Shown: piece by piece, positions 26,320 to 40,067 of the stretch
Layout: every line of letters begins with the position of its first letter
Position numbering within the stretch: position 1 is the stretch's first letter
DNA from: Octopus sinensis
Taxonomy: Eukaryota
DNA: 64,000 nt
NCBI RefSeq assembly: GCF_006345805.1
Contig: NC_043001.1
Coordinates: forward strand, 53,134,001-53,198,000
Direction: 5' to 3'
Notes under the pieces: generated by a model
What the model was told of the DNA's origin: nothing
The model's database searches: none
What the model saw: the letters and a program-made list of their open reading frames with translations, nothing else
Made by a program: the position numbers and the translations under genes

Positions 26320-27066
26320 TCATTGGGTTGTCCTAAGTTGTTGTATGGGTATTTTTATAGCCCGCTGTATGCCATTTTCTATAAGTAGAGATGGGTATTT
26401 TTGTTTAAGCAAAAATTCTCTTAGTTCTGTTAGGTGTTTGTTCCTGATATTTGCATCTTCTATAATGGTACAAATTATTCTGGCTAGGCAGTATGGGATA
26501 TTGCGTTTTGTATGTGGTGGATGGCACGACTTAAAATTTAGGTATTGCTGTGTGTCTGTGTGTTTATAGTATATATCTGTGGTGATGGTGGTGTCTTTTT
26601 TAATTGCCATTATATCTGGGAATGGTAATTTGGTATTACTCATCTCCTTTGTAAATTGGAGAGATTGGTGTAGGTTGTTCAGGAGGATATTGAACTCTTC
26701 CAGAGTATTTAGAGATTCTGTCCAGATTATGAAGCAGTCGTCAATGTATCTCTTCCATGCCTTTTCAATATACTTTCTAAATCCAGTGCTATAGTTTACC
26801 TCCACCTCTTGGTAGAGTTGTTGTTCTAAGTATCCCATTACAGAGTTGGCGTAAACGGGAGCAAACCTTGTTCCCATCGCCGTGCCTCTAATTTGGATGT
26901 AATTATTTCCATTGAAGAAGAACGTGTTGTTTTCTAGAATAAGTTTGACTCTGTCTAACATAAATTTCATCTTTGATTGTCGTATTGTAACATGTGTTAT
27001 TTCGTCACTATAATAAACAATGGCAAATAGTAGATGTAGGTATATATCTACCGGAACAGAAACCAA
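26320..27066 (-). pseudogene. PLE reverse transcriptase fragment
   Basis: 248-aa ORF with the PLE-type GTAMG and YIDD motifs; frameshifted relative to the downstream endonuclease segment. Confidence 0.88.
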
Positions 27067-28281
27067 ATTATTTTATACAGTTAAATTTTTATTTCTGAAT
27101 GTGAAAATCGTATTTTGCATGCACGTTAATTTAACCCTGTGTTATATTCTAACTTAGCGAATCATCTACTTTTTGTTGAATTTCTTGCACAATATATGTG
27201 TTGATCACTCAGAGTATCTTATTTGACCACTGAGAGTATCTCTTTTGTGTACTGAAATGTAATTGAAATGAATATCGAAAATTAAGATTGGGGACGTAAA
27301 TTCTATCATTATCAAATGTGAAACGACATATTTTTTTGTTTTTAATCTTAACGACTCTAATCTACCACAAATTTATAGTTTCTATTTCCGATAAGTGCTA
27401 GAGCATTGAAGAATTTCTTTGATAAAGCTGGTTTTAGAATATTCTCTTATAATAGATATAATATTTTATATTCAATACTTCTTTCATTAGAGATTGTTTT
27501 CAATGAAGTGAAATACATATTCATATTCTTTAATATTTTTTCATTGGAACCTTTGATTCAGAAATTCTATTCTCTTTTCATTTTAATTATACACCTTTTA
27601 GAGGCACGCACAATACCTATTGCAATGCAAATATATGCAGTTAAATAAGTAGATATATGTATAATTATTCAATCAAAACTTAATTGCTTATACGTTACAA
27701 AAGTAGTTATATGCATAACAACTGAAATAACTTTACGCCTTCCTAAAATGTCGGTTGGCAAGAATAATTTTAAGTTATTGGCGGGCTTATGTTGACACTG
27801 CTGTTTGTTATTTGCAGTTATAGGATGCATGATCTGATATCTGAATTATATTTGCGATGTATAGACAGTAGAAATAAATGATTCAACGGCTGTAACCCTG
27901 GGGTTAGTTTCACTACGCCGTGCTCAATTAGGCTATATAGCTTATTGCTATCGTTGAAATATTTATCAGTTCCACACCAGACAAGATATACTTCGATATT
28001 TTCAATGCGAATATATTTATAGACGTGTGTGCAGTAAATATCTACAACGTTGTAAAAATGTAGTTCTACTTCCGTCATTTTATTGTCGGATAAAAAGATT
28101 TAGCATAAAAATCCAGTGTGCATTGAGAATTATATAACTCTTCAGAAAGATAAAGGATTTGTTGATAATGCTTTTTAAGGAATAAAATATTCAGCCAAAT
28201 GGGATTATTAGATCGATAGATTTTACATTAGATTAATAAATCATCAGATAGAGAGTGGGGATAGAAAGTGTGTGTTTATAT

Positions 28282-28317
<36 letters not shown>

Positions 28318-28322
28318 GCACG

Positions 28323-28376
<54 letters not shown>

Positions 28377-28461
28377 TATATATACACATAAAGGTTTCCA
28401 ACTGCCTACACTGAATAATTATTGACGGCACGTGCCTGATATATATTTATATATGTATAAC

Positions 28462-29575
28462 GTGTGTTATGAGATTTTATAGAGCACGTATCCTATATTA
28501 CTCAAGAAACAATTAAAGAGAGAAAAGAGGTGTTAAAAGTATTAAAAAATTTTACTCCATGCATACGATTGTTTCGAACGGTAATATTAACATGTAAAAA
28601 AGACGGTAAAAAATTAGAAATCAATTTAATTATAATTAAATTATTTACATATTACTGCTCTCCACGGGGCGAAAAAAGAATACATCAAAAAGAATGCATC
28701 AGAAGAATATTATATTGTTACAGAGGACTATATGGAGTGAGTGTCACATAACATATTCGAATATGCATAATAAGCTTATGAACGATAACGATATGCTAAG
28801 ATAGTGTTGTGTGTAGTTGTCTCTGAAAATGCGTTGACAGTTCTCTGGTGGATGATATCTTCAACAATAAATTTGAAGAACAGAGAAGCAGAGTAATTCT
28901 TTCGCCGAAGAACTCAGGCTGTCTCCTGATTATACACAACTGGACTCAACACTATCTTAGCATGGTTTTATCTTTCATAAGCATATCATGCATATCCTAA
29001 TATGTTATGTGACACTCGCTCCATCTAGACTTCTGTAACAATGTATTCTTCTGATGTGTTCTTTTTCACACTGAGAAGAACAGTAATATATAAATATTTT
29101 TCGATATCAGTGTCTATTAATACTGGGAAAAGGTATAAGTATTTGTGAAGGAAACCTACTTCTTATCGACAACTGTGATTGTCACACACCGATGACGGGT
29201 CAAAACCCAGAAACTCGAGACCGTATGTACCGTAAGTTGAAGACGGGAAGGATGGCTTCCTTTTGCAAATACTGATAGGGCACAGAAAGTGTTTATAGCC
29301 AGCTGGAGGAGGTGTCCTCCTGGGGCTACAAACTACAGTAGCATCCACTCTTAGGGGTTATCCATATTTTAATGTCAAATATACGTCATGAATTTAATTA
29401 TAATTATCACTAAATTAATTTTTAAATTTTAACATATTATTTACATGTTAATATTACGGTTCGAAACGATCGTATGCATGGACTATTTTTTTTATGTTCA
29501 AACCTTCTCTTCTCCATATTTAATTGTTTGCTGAGTTTCTATAGGATACGTGTTCTATAAATGCTCATAACATAC
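28462..29575. repeat. Old inverted repeat pair (28462-28642 and 29391-29575)
   Basis: tgttatgag.attt.tagagcacgtatcctata...ccatgcatacgat.gtttcgaac.gtaatattaacatgtaaaa is present in both orientations and visibly diverged. Confidence 0.75.
29160..29375 (-). repeat. Dispersed repeat, family member 2
   Basis: Reverse-complement match to 14361-14580. Confidence 0.75.
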
Positions 29576-29788
29576 CTTATACTGCTACCATTTGCATATT
29601 CGAAAAATACTAACAACAGTAAGCTACCAATGTAATATAAAGGATCTTTATTAGAAATCGGCATTTGGAGCCCCGCAAAGTAAATGATGAACTAGAACTC
29701 AGCCTTTTCTCTCTCTCTCCCACACACACACGCACACACACATGTATACATATATATATATATATACATACATACATACATACATATA

Positions 29789-29833
<45 letters not shown>

Positions 29834-30220
29834 GTAAATGGATATCTTCCAAAAGAGGAAACTAGATATATGTGGCATACATTATATAGTTTGGTACATA
29901 TACATGGCTCTATGTTGGGAGGGGAGAGTCCCACGGACTGGTTGGCATTGGCAATCTTTGCACACATGGTAGACACTCCCAAGGGTATCTATGTGTTGTT
30001 TATTTCCCCACTCTATCAGAATTGTAAGTTTAAAACGTATAGAATTAACAGCTAAACTTTTTGTACGCAATTTTAGTATTTGCTACCTAACTATCTTATT
30101 CTATTATATATGTAGAGATATCAATTACTTCTTTCTTCAATGCGTTATTTTTATACAAAAGGTATATTATTGCTCAAATTCCTATTAATCGGTTCTTGAA
30201 AATTCCACTGGTCCCGCTAA

Positions 30221-30221
<1 letters not shown>

Positions 30222-30269
<48 letters not shown>
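30222..30269. repeat. (TAG)n microsatellite
   Basis: Read directly; another occurs at about 60070-60110. Confidence 0.97.
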
Positions 30270-30270
<1 letters not shown>

Positions 30271-30380
30271 TAACATAATACCCATTTAACACTTGAATGA
30301 AAACCCAGAGCGTATATTGAAATATTCACAGAATTCAACACACACACATACATACATATATACATACACACATGTATATA

Positions 30381-30452
<72 letters not shown>

Positions 30453-30592
30453 TATATAAGGCATGTGCCGTCAGTAATTCCTCAGGGTAGGCAGTCGGTG
30501 ACCTTTATGTATTAAAGTACACAAAAAGTAAGCGAAACTCAGGCGCGCGAATGAATTGAAGCCAGATGCATTTCTGCCTTTATTAATACTAC

Positions 30593-30640
<48 letters not shown>

Positions 30641-31085
30641 TATATAATATATATATATATATTATATATATATATATATATATACATACATACATACATA
30701 CACACACACATATATATATATACATACATGCATACATACACACATATATACTTTAGGACATTAATCAGTTCCAGTATTACTAGTAATAGGAATCGAAACA
30801 ACTCAATAGCCACAAAAATCTTAATGAGCTGACAAGGAGACAAGGCCCCTCCGGTTGCAGATGGAGCTAGATTACTGATGATTTCAGATTCTGATGCTTA
30901 ACGCATCAAAAGTAGCTCACACCGCGCCTAGGGTTAAGCTCCTTTCACTGTGTCGGCTTATAAGATCTCCGTTGAAATTATATGCTAATTTCATAAACAG
31001 TAGTGTGGGAATTATAAATGATATGGCTGGCTAATTCACAATTTTACAACCTAAAGGCGGAAATATATTGGTGACTATAGTAAAC

Positions 31086-32068
31086 AAGGGCAATAATCAG
31101 CACCAGTATTGCTAGAAATAGGAGTCGATACAACTCAATATCTAGAAAACGCACTATCTTAATGAGCTGGCAAGGGAGACAAGCTCATACAGTCGAAAAT
31201 AGAGCTAGGTCACTAATGATTTCGCATTCTGTTGCTAAACGCATCTTCATGCGGAGAAGTAGCTTTCACCACGTCTAAGGTTAAACTCATCTCACCTTGT
31301 CAGCTGATGAGATCTCCGTTGAAAACATACTTACAATTGTAAGTAAGATTGTAAGATTCTAACAAATAACTAAGCAAAATTCTAAAAAATGTACATAGCC
31401 AACAAGCAATAATTCAGGGGGTTTCCATTTTAACTAAACATACATAATTGTATGTAAAATAAAACAGCCGAATTTCGTATCTGATGAATAAAATTTGGAG
31501 CCCGACTAATTTTTCCGTTGCCGTAAGCAATTGCATTTCTCTTACATAATCTTCAGTAGCGTCTAGACATTTCTCTGCAATTTTAATGAAACAAGTGCAT
31601 ATCAAGCAAAGTATGCCTCTGTTGGTTATACATATGACCAGCTCTCTCGAAAGGTTAAAGTTATTGTATCAAAATTTGATATATTCATAATTAATTACGT
31701 TTCTCCGCTCAAATTATGAATATCAATTAATATTAATATGCAGTAGAAATGATATTCCTTTATCTAAACTTAACTATGTAGGGAGAAATTATAATGTAAG
31801 TATTGGTCGTATGGAAATATAAAATATTCTCTGAATATGGTATTACACAAAAATATATAGCATGTCAAATATATCATTTGAAAAAAAAGCTGTTATTTAA
31901 CCTGTTCTTTAAAATATGTTAGGCATCTTCGTACAGTTTAACGAAAAATGATCTTGTATTGAATATGGTAATGGTGTTTGCATCATTCATGTTAAAGAAA
32001 TCGATTTAAGTTTTCGAACTAATTCGTTATGTTTTAAAATGTTTCGCATTTACAAACGCAATTATGAA
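31086..32068 (+). repeat. Segmental duplicate block B (copy 1; copy 2 at 37463-38444)
   Basis: Nearly identical from aagggcaataatcagc to caattatgaa; identical ORF peptides at 31414 and 37791. Confidence 0.97.
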
Positions 32069-32679
32069 CAGACATCTGCTCACTCCGGCCAAGCACATGG
32101 AATGTTTATAAATCATATATCCGGTAAATGGCGGGCTTTTACGAACTGCATGTCGGGTAATAAAAAGTATTTCGGAATAAGTTTAACAATTGAGGATAAC
32201 CTCTTAATAAGGAATCTTAACAAGAAATTATCGGGTAGTTAGCGTGAAAACCTCATAAAAGAAAAGAATTCGAAAATAATTTTTTTTTCCTTTGAACAAA
32301 TTAATTATATCTATATTGTATAGAGGGCATTATTACACATAAATGCCTCACACTAAGAGGGACAAAGTCATTACTACCAAAATTATACTAATCATACCTA
32401 AATGCAGTTTTACAAAGCAAGACATTTAAAAAATGAATTTAGTTCTGTATCACCGTGATTTCACATTCAACTTACGTCTTATGATCCTCAGCAGAACTGA
32501 TTCTGAACACATCATAAATAAACTACCCACCTTACGTAGCGAAGACGAACAGACATCTGCTCACTCCGGCCAAGCACATGGAATGTTTATAAATCATATA
32601 TCCGGTAAATGGCTTTGTAAAACTGCATTTAGGTATGATTAGTATAATTTTGGTAGTAATGACTTTGTCCCTCTTAGTG
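32066..32679 (-). mobile_element. 481-bp hammerhead-bearing unit, second locus, with a 68-bp inverted end
   Basis: Period 481 (32066/32547). 32612-32679 is the reverse complement of 32351-32418 and is followed by (AT)n. Confidence 0.8.
32441..32498 (-). ncRNA. Type I hammerhead motif (duplicate of 21830-21887)
   Basis: Same sequence as 21830-21887. Confidence 0.78.
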
Positions 32680-33125
32680 GATATATATATATATATATAT
32701 ACACATCTGTATATTTTAGGAATAAACATAAATCTAATTCTACGAGACTGTGTAGATTTATTTGTGAGTTAAAATATAGGAATATACAGTACCAATCTGA
32801 AACGGGAGATACTCGATTCGTCATCTTCCCATCAAATTATTATGAAAAACCGTTTTTTATGCTTAAAAGAAAAATCTTTTATTGTCTCTGCTAAAATCCT
32901 ATTCTTAACTTCAGGAGTGAAAGGCCACCCTCTTTTATTCATAGGACTAAATTCGTATTTTCTAATTATGGATAAAATATTATATAGCTATTTTTATTCC
33001 TATTACTAGCATGACTGTTGAAACTATATAATAACTTGCTCACCAATTTCCCTTACTACTTTATGGTATACACTTCATAAAGGTTCCCATTTATATTTAT
33101 TTATTACTAACCATCTATCTACCTA

Positions 33126-33162
<37 letters not shown>

Positions 33163-34481
33163 TTATGTGTATGTGTGTGTTTGTGTGTGTGTGCGTGTGT
33201 TTGTATGTGTGTGCGTGTGTGTGTGTATGTGTGTGTGTATTATATACATCTATGTAGACTCATCTTTATCTGTATTTGTATTTTAACCTCTCAGGAGAAA
33301 AAAAGTAGTGTCTCTCCTATATACATGCCCATATTTTTTTTTATTTTAATACTTGGATATAGTACATTTTACCCAACTTAAGTTATTGTTTTTCTTACTC
33401 CTTATGCCGACATGCATGTTTAAATTTTTTAAATTGTTAAATTGCTTATTAAACCCGTTCTCTCTCACTTTACTTCTTTAACCATTTATGAATCCCCCAT
33501 TATATTATATTTATTACTTACCATGTATATACATTTAATTATATAATTATATGTATTTTGCATCACTTATTCCTATTGCTTGGCTTATTATTTTAATAAA
33601 TATATATTATTATAAATTAAATCTTCATATTGTTCACATACAGTTTACTGTATATCATGCACCTATCTCATAATGCATTCACTTTATGTTCTATTATTAT
33701 ATTTATCAATTATAATATGGGTTTGTCTCTTCATAACTAAATTCTTACAGCTAAACCTTTCATTATTTTTATGTTAATTGGCTTTAACATTTACATTATA
33801 TTTGGCCGTATCTCTACCAAAAAATTATAATTATAGATTTTCTTATACTTACCTACGTTTAAATTTAAAAAATATCCCCTCTATTCCTCCAGCATTTTAT
33901 TAATTATATATTTTATTATTTCTTCCTAGTTTTGGTAGAATGTTTTAATGTTTTAGCTATAAATCCACGTAAGGTATTATTTAATATATCTTTTAACATA
34001 TACGTTGCACACCTCACTAAGAATATATAATATGCGCGTGTTCTATCTAGCCTAATTTATTTTATTTGCTTTGCTCAATTTATTATTAATTACCTCCCCT
34101 TAGCTATTTGTTCCCATTAATTTTATATTGGGTCCTTTCTTAACATCGATATTCATAATATAATTACAGCGTACTTTTACATATCTCCTAGTAAGCAAAA
34201 CAATAACTTTTATAATCTATATATATTCCCCCCTCTCTCTCCCTCTTTAAACGCATGTCTATCTCATGTGAATAATAATTTTCAAGTTTCTTGTCGATTA
34301 TATTTGCGTTCACCGTTTCGTATTTTGTGTATGTCCCTAATTTAGTTTGTTCCTAGTTTTTCGTAAGCTTTTCTCCTCTAAATCAAATTAATAGACCTAT
34401 CTGAACCAAAGCTGTGAATAACAATTATTTAGTTCTAACTCTTTTCTCTTTGGTATGTCTTTAAATTAGATCATTCCTAGA

Positions 34482-34510
34482 CTAGCTGACAAACCCGGTA
34501 ATTCGCGGGA
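34482..34510 (-). mobile_element. Possible Helitron 3' terminus
   Basis: Minus strand cccg-cgaattac-cggg hairpin followed by tttgtcagCTAG and a T, as expected for a Helitron 3' end. Confidence 0.4.
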
Positions 34511-34585
34511 AAGCGGTACTTATCCCTTCGTTCTGTTCTCATAATTGTTTCGGTAATCCAATTACAACAATACAAAGTATGTAGT

Positions 34586-36486
34586 CCTTAAAACGGTACT
34601 TGTTCATTTACAGAGAATACCGAACTGTCTTACCAAGGCTCGTGTTTTAAGGAATTCCCAATAAATTATGAATACTCAAAATGGGAAGTCAGTTATGTAA
34701 TAACATGAAATTAGTTACCCGGTAGTAAGAATTCAAATAAAGCAACACCGAAAAGGGATTCAATGCGTTCCTAGAGTATATAGAACTTAGGAGGAAATAC
34801 AAATAAAGTATGTATACTAAAATCGTGAATCCCATTACGTAATAACAGGCTAATCAGATATGAGATAATAACAATGCAAAGTAAATAACTCTGAAAATGG
34901 CTTTTGTGTGTTCCCAGAGAATATTACCCTCAGCGGGCTAGTGTTAGTATATTCGTGAATAAATCACTAACCGAAATAACTGTATCTACCGTTTAGAAAA
35001 TACTAGTTACTTGTTTAAGGGTTGTACTGGATAAATTGCGAAAATAACTCTAAGAGTTCAAATAATAAGAAATACGCATGCTCAATTTCGTTTATACCAA
35101 ATGGTTTAGGAAAATGAATGGCTCATTCACTTTGCTGTTAAAATCTGCGCGAATTGGTTTATTTCCCTTTAGTATTAAAATGAAATATATTAGATATGTA
35201 TTTGAGGTTCCTATTCAGGAGCCCTATTATCAATTTTTCAACAATCTGAGTATGTCATACTCACGTCTCAAGTTTAATCAAAATCGATAAAATAATGTAG
35301 GAGGAATTAGCTAACAACTTCCCAATTATACCCACAGAGAGAATTTCCCACATATATAGTAGATTTTCTTGAGCCATTAACCTATAAATGAAACCTACTT
35401 CCTTTTTTGAGAGCTTTATATTTAACTATTTATATATTTAACTATTTACATATTTCCATTAATAAGCTTTAATTTAATTTGTTGAATTGACCCTTATTTA
35501 AGCCCTTATCGCTTTTATTAGCATATTTACATTCCATTTCATTCCTATTTTGTACTTATTTATTTATTGCCGTACCTTAGCAACTTAACATATTCAGTAC
35601 GCAAACGCTGCATAACTGAAATATTTGAATTAAATTTTGTTCAATAGTTCTTTGTTCTTTATCTTGATTAGTCTAACTCAATAATAAATTTTAAGGGGTG
35701 AACCGTAATAATTTATAATACTTTATTCATTTATTTATTTTTCTCTCTGTATGTTTTTCACTCAATTTTGATTTATTTATTTTACTTTATTCATATTGTT
35801 ATTTATCATTTTTTTATGTACCATAACCTTAAGTTAATATTCTTATTGGTATTTTTAACAATATCGATATTTAGTAGATAGTCTGAATGATTTCCACCTT
35901 AATTAAATATTAGTAACTATAGACACTTGAATTGAACCATACATACTAAGTTTATATTGATTTAATAAGATAGATATAATAGAGCAATATGACGTTTTGG
36001 CCAACTATATCTACTTGAGCTTTCTTATACTTAACACTCCACATGAAGATATTGTTTTACAATTCCATTATACACAACTTTACTCCCCTTCTAAGGTCTC
36101 TGCCGTTTTTATACTGTTCTTTATATATACATTTTATGAGTTATGCAGCCGTTTGCTCAACATGCAGGAATTGAATACCTATTTTGTATATGCTTGTCTC
36201 CCTCTGAAGAGATCGACTTTCAAATGTTTTTCAGTTTAATTAATTAAGTTTCTGAAGGTCTGAATTGAAACAGCCGTATGTGATGTTTGTCAATTTTTTG
36301 AGTTAATAAATAATAATTTATTAATTACCACAGTATTTTCTCATCGTATTATTATAATACATAAATATATATAAACCACAGTTATGCATCAAATATAACG
36401 TTCAATATTCTTTATAAAGGTAACTAACCAGTACTTTCTTAGGAGTTTGCTATCCCTGAATGAGGTTTGTAATCTTTAATATAATG

Positions 36487-36550
<64 letters not shown>

Positions 36551-36644
36551 AGATCTTGGCTGGGCTAAAAAGTCACATTCGATCACAGCACCAGTAACGG
36601 TTAAGCTTCGTGCAATGGCCATGCTCAATAACGAGGGGTATGCC

Positions 36645-36679
<35 letters not shown>

Positions 36680-36884
36680 CCTTTTTTTGTGCCGTTTGCC
36701 ACTGTCGTTTCCTGCTAATTCCGACAATGAAAGTCTGAAGATTATGATGTCATGTAGCTTATATCAACTTTTTCAGAATATTAGAAAAACGATCTCATGA
36801 ACCGCACGCCTATGTCATATATATATATATATATAAATATATATATACGTACGTCTATGTATACATATATACATATACTTACAC

Positions 36885-36950
<66 letters not shown>

Positions 36951-37453
36951 TGCTTCAGGTAACTGACAAAACATTTCTTTATTTATTTCGTTTATCGGTG
37001 GAAGTATTCTTTTTCTACTCTAGGAACAACGCTCCAAATTTTGGTTGAAGGACTCAGTCGGTTAGATCGACCCCAATACGCAACAACTACTTAATTTATC
37101 GTCCGAGAAAGGATGTCAGTCAAAGTCGACCTCAGCAGAATTGGAACTCAAAACGTAAAAATTAATATTATTTGAGATATATAGAAATATATTTCGATAG
37201 TTGTAGATTTTATTTACCTAATTATTTAGTTCGTTATAATTCTGTTGTTTAATAATTGTAATTGCTATGTAGTTGAAAGTTAACGCTCAAGCTCATAATA
37301 CATAGGCATTTGAATTAACTTTGTTTACAGCCCAGCCGTCCTTTTACACAGAATTTCGTCAGTCTATAACCAATGATTTGAAAGGACCTATACAAGTAGG
37401 TGTGAATTGATTATAAATGAAATAATGTATATAAGTCTAAACGAATTGTTGGC
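34586..37453 (+). repeat. Segmental duplicate block C (copy 2)
   Basis: See 22091-24974; includes the degenerate hammerhead at 36198-36283. Confidence 0.97.
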
Positions 37454-37462
37454 AATAATTCG

Positions 37463-38444
37463 AAGGGCAATAATCAGCACCAGTATTGCTAGAAATAGGA
37501 GTCGATACAACTCAATATCTAGAAAACGCACTATCTTAATGAGCTGGCAAGGGAGACAAGCTCATACAGTCGAAAATAGAGCTAGGTCACTAATGATTTC
37601 GCATTCTGTTGCTAAACGCATCTTCATGCGGAGAAGTAGCTTTCACCACGTCTAAGGTTAAACTCATCTCACCTTGTCAGCTGATGAGATCTCCGTTGAA
37701 AACATACTTACAATTGTAAGTAAGATTGTAAGATTCTAACAAATAACTAAGCAAAATTCTAAAAAATGTACATAGCCAACAAGCAATAATTCAGGGGGTT
37801 TCCATTTTAACTAAACATACATAATTGTATGTAAAATAAAACAGCCGAATTTCGTATCTGATGAATAAAATTTGGAGCCCGACTAATTTTTCCGTTGCCG
37901 TAAGCAATTGCATTTCTCTTACATAATCTTCAGTAGCGTCTAGACATTTCTCTGCAATTTTAATGAAACAAGTGCATATCAAGCAAAGTATGCCTCTGTT
38001 GGTTATACATATGACCAGCTCTCTCGAAAGGTTAAAGTTATTGTATCAAAATTTGATATATTCATAATTAATTACGTTTCTCCGCTCAATTATGAATATC
38101 AATTAATATTAATATGCAGTAGAAATGATATTCCTTTATCTAAACTTAACTATGTAGGGAGAAATTATAATGTAAGTATTGGTCGTATGGAAATATAAAA
38201 TATTCTCTGAATATGGTATTACACAAAAATATATAGCATGTCAAATATATCATTTGAAACAAAAGCTGTTATTTAACCTGTTCTTTAAAATATGTTAGGC
38301 ATCTTCGTACAGTTTAACGAAAAATGATCTTGTATTGAATATGGTAATGGTGTTTGCATCATTCATGTTAAAGAAATCGATTTAAGTTTTTGAACTAATT
38401 CGTTATGTTTTAAAATGTTTCGCATTTACAAACGCAATTATGAA
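37463..38444 (+). repeat. Segmental duplicate block B (copy 2)
   Basis: See 31086-32068. Confidence 0.97.
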
Positions 38445-39353
38445 GGAAAAACAAAAGGTTATCAATACAAATTAATATATACTGAACCATGTTTTTAATA
38501 TCTCTCTATATATTGTATGTAGTTGGTGTCCAAGGGAGCTGAATTATTTAGTGTCTTATACTTGATTTATACTTGCATGTATACATCAACTAGCATATGC
38601 AAATTTGGCAGGCATCACTGATATGCAACTTTCTCAGTCTTATCATTAAAGGCATGAAACTGTGTATTAATAAATCGGTTGATAACTGAAGAAGCATTAG
38701 GGTCCTTCTGTGTCTGTCCTACATGCACGTCTTTTAGTAGTTAATGCATTTTTCAGTTATTGAGTAACTCAACGCCACTCATCCCAACGTTTGTTAACAG
38801 TAAGTTTATATATATATATGAGAGAGAAAAATTGGATTCAACAAGAAGGAGCACGGTAGGACATTTATCTTCAATTACGTGGTCGTCCGGGCTTGCTGGT
38901 ACCCTGCATTATGAGCACTTGTAGTGTTTCCTCAGGTGAAAAATAAATATTATTTCCGTAAGTTGAAATTTTCGGCTTCAAGAGCATCCTCTCTGTTTGT
39001 TGTAGCCTGGACGTAGTAATAGCCACTGAATTTATCAAGTGTGTATTATTGCTGAAGGACCGTTGACAAAGCGCTTTGAATATATAAATGAGTGTGAAGA
39101 GGATTCTGCTATTGTTACAGTGGTTGCTATTTTAAAAGGATCGGCATTTGATTTCTTTGTACAGCTGATTTGTATTTCTTGATTGGCTACACATGCGTTT
39201 GTCCTCAGGCGATCTTCAAGAATCGGTCCAAACATACACATACATGATCATATTCATATACATCCATATATATATTAACGCTCATACACATACATACACA
39301 CACCACATACATATATACGTTCATGCACACACAAATATATACACACACATACA

Positions 39354-39395
<42 letters not shown>

Positions 39396-40009
39396 ATATA
39401 TAATTATATATATATGTATATATACTCACACACATGTACGGATATGCAGGCGCACTCACAGGAAATATGCAAGTTCAATCATGATCCAATGCATGCAAAG
39501 AACATTACATACAAATGCACAATCACCACACCATAACATAAATATGCATACAAAGGGGCCTCCGAAAAACAATTCAAGGTCCATTATCGCAGCCATATCC
39601 CTTAACTCTGAAAGATAGCTCGGTAACACGCAACATCACTAGCAGACCTAAATATACAGATTAAAAGAAGGTAAAAAATATATAATAAAAAGGTCAATAA
39701 TAAAAGAAATGCACACTCATATAATATATTATCTGGCGTATGTGACTTGTGCCTTGAGGAAGTCTCATGCATTCTGTTATGTAACGAATACTTGGTAAAC
39801 AAACATATTGAAAAAATCTCAGCATCTTGTCACCGTGCCAAATTCGCAGTGACAAAACAGTGGACTACTTATAATAATTTAGTGAACTCTCTTTCCTTCC
39901 CTGTATCCATGTGTGTGGGTTTCTGGTTGTATTTCTATACATGCATACGTACGTATGCTTGGAAGCGTGTTTAGTATGCATGGATGCATGTATCTACGTA
40001 TCTACGTAT

Positions 40010-40067
<58 letters not shown>

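Larger units (their letters stand above)
25150..27066 (-). mobile_element. Penelope-like retroelement (Neptune-like), 5'-truncated and internally deleted
   Basis: ORF 26320-27066 has RT motifs YIQIRGTAMGTRFAPVYAN, WKRYIDDCF, LPFPDI, TDTQQYL..SCHPPH. ORF 25873-26292 has the Cys-rich linker and NLIYCIKCPNC at the start of a GIY-YIG domain. The 3' region carries a hammerhead. Confidence 0.9.

Noticed and set aside
31300-31335. CTGATGAgatctccgttGAAA in block B (also at about 37680)
   Set aside because: Weak stem II and no UH or stem I after GAAA.
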